Source: Paraphysomonas bandaiensis (taxonomy: Eukaryota > Protista > Chrysophyceae). Taken from it: a stretch of DNA of 64,000 bases. The stretch spans positions 1 through 64,000 of the forward strand of contig CBFFRP010000042.1 in NCBI GenBank assembly GCA_965644295.1. Direction: 5' to 3'. Under the pieces are notes generated by a model. The model did not search any database. It saw only the letters and a program-made list of their open reading frames with translations, and was not told where the DNA came from. Made by a program: the position numbers and the translations under genes. Each line of letters begins with the position of its first letter. Within the stretch, counting starts at the first letter, position 1. Positions 63,282-64,000 of the stretch are shown here, piece by piece.

Positions 63282-64000
63282 CTAGAGCTGTTCAATATTT
63301 TCGAGCCCAAGGCCCTCATAGCAAGTAAGTCCGTCTTTGTTTCTGATACTGTCATCAGCTCCCTTGCTAACCAAATAGTCACCAACTTCATTGTATCCGT
63401 ACGAGTACGCAAAATGCAGAGCGGTCTGACCATTGAGATTCTGGGTGTTAAGCTCGGCACCCCTACGCAAACAAAGTTTAATCATGCGCTTATTGCCATT
63501 CTGAGCGGCGATATGAAGCATGGTGTTCCCGGCCTCGTCCTGGTAGTCCATACCGAGGTTCCAATCTGGGTGGTTCATCATCTCATCGACTTCACCAAAC
63601 TTTCCGTGACGGCACAGCGAGCACACCTTCTTGAAGTCCTCTGCAAGCTTCTGTGCCTTTGATATACCCAGTTTCTGGTTCGCGATACCTTCGTTGTCAA
63701 CAGTACTGACAGCTCCGTCATCCATACCCTTAGCCATTTCTGCGAGCTTTTGAGCATCGAAAAGTTGTTCTGCCTTCGTCGCGAGAGTAGGAATGAATTC
63801 GTTGTTAAGGGGACGCTTACCAGCCGACCATGGGTCGAATCCAATGGCAACCCAGTCGATCGCCGCACTGCGAGGCTTTACTCGGCCAATTGTGTGTGCT
63901 TGTGGGAGATTAGGAACATGAGGGAGATAGTCACACATCTGTTTTGCGACACGTTTAGCTTCAATATTAGAAAAAAAGCCAACTGGAAGGCTGTTGACCA
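63282..64000 (-). CDS. Ankyrin-repeat protein, 3' part (continues beyond the window)
   Basis: GNTMLHIAAQNG, GQTALHFAYSYG and GADDSIRNKDGLT. Confidence 0.85.
   Translation of the reverse strand, partial: VNSLPVGFFSNIEAKRVAKQMCDYLPHVPNLPQAHTIGRVKPRSAAIDWVAIGFDPWSAGKRPLNNEFIPTLATKAEQLFDAQKLAEMAKGMDDGAVSTVDNEGIANQKLGISKAQKLAEDFKKVCSLCRHGKFGEVDEMMNHPDWNLGMDYQDEAGNTMLHIAAQNGNKRMIKLCLRRGAELNTQNLNGQTALHFAYSYGYNEVGDYLVSKGADDSIRNKDGLTCYEGLGLENIEQL

Overview
Gene-dense eukaryotic nuclear DNA with many short (~40-75 bp) GT-AG introns. It is most consistent with a stramenopile (ochrophyte/chrysophyte-like), inferred from a BiP ending in DDEL, a diatom-type GH18 chitinase and a hybrid histidine kinase. 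Host genes: cohesin Scc3/STAG, mitochondrial EF-G1 head-to-head with a 5-exon mitoribosomal mL59 gene missed by the ORF track, Mis12-like head-to-head with SSX2IP/Msd1-like, an LRR+EF-hand protein, a hybrid His kinase, a GH18 chitinase, a PX-PH phospholipase D with both HKD motifs inactivated, a CFAP97-like multi-EF-hand protein, BiP, a SulP-STAS-cNMP transporter and a partial ankyrin gene. Mobile DNA: a young Ty1/copia element with identical TA...CA LTRs, a related TA...TA solo LTR, an internally deleted hAT transposon and a palindrome-rich MITE-like element. The most striking feature is a family of poly(A)-less, RNase H-encoding non-LTR retroelements with non-autonomous derivatives. About 10 copies share a ~51-nt covarying structured motif and a fixed 3' terminus, and they repeatedly insert in the same orientation into the 3' ends of one another, forming Russian-doll stacks at 20.8-23.1, 42.1-43.1 and 43.4-47.8 kb. 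All alignments and folds were done by eye.
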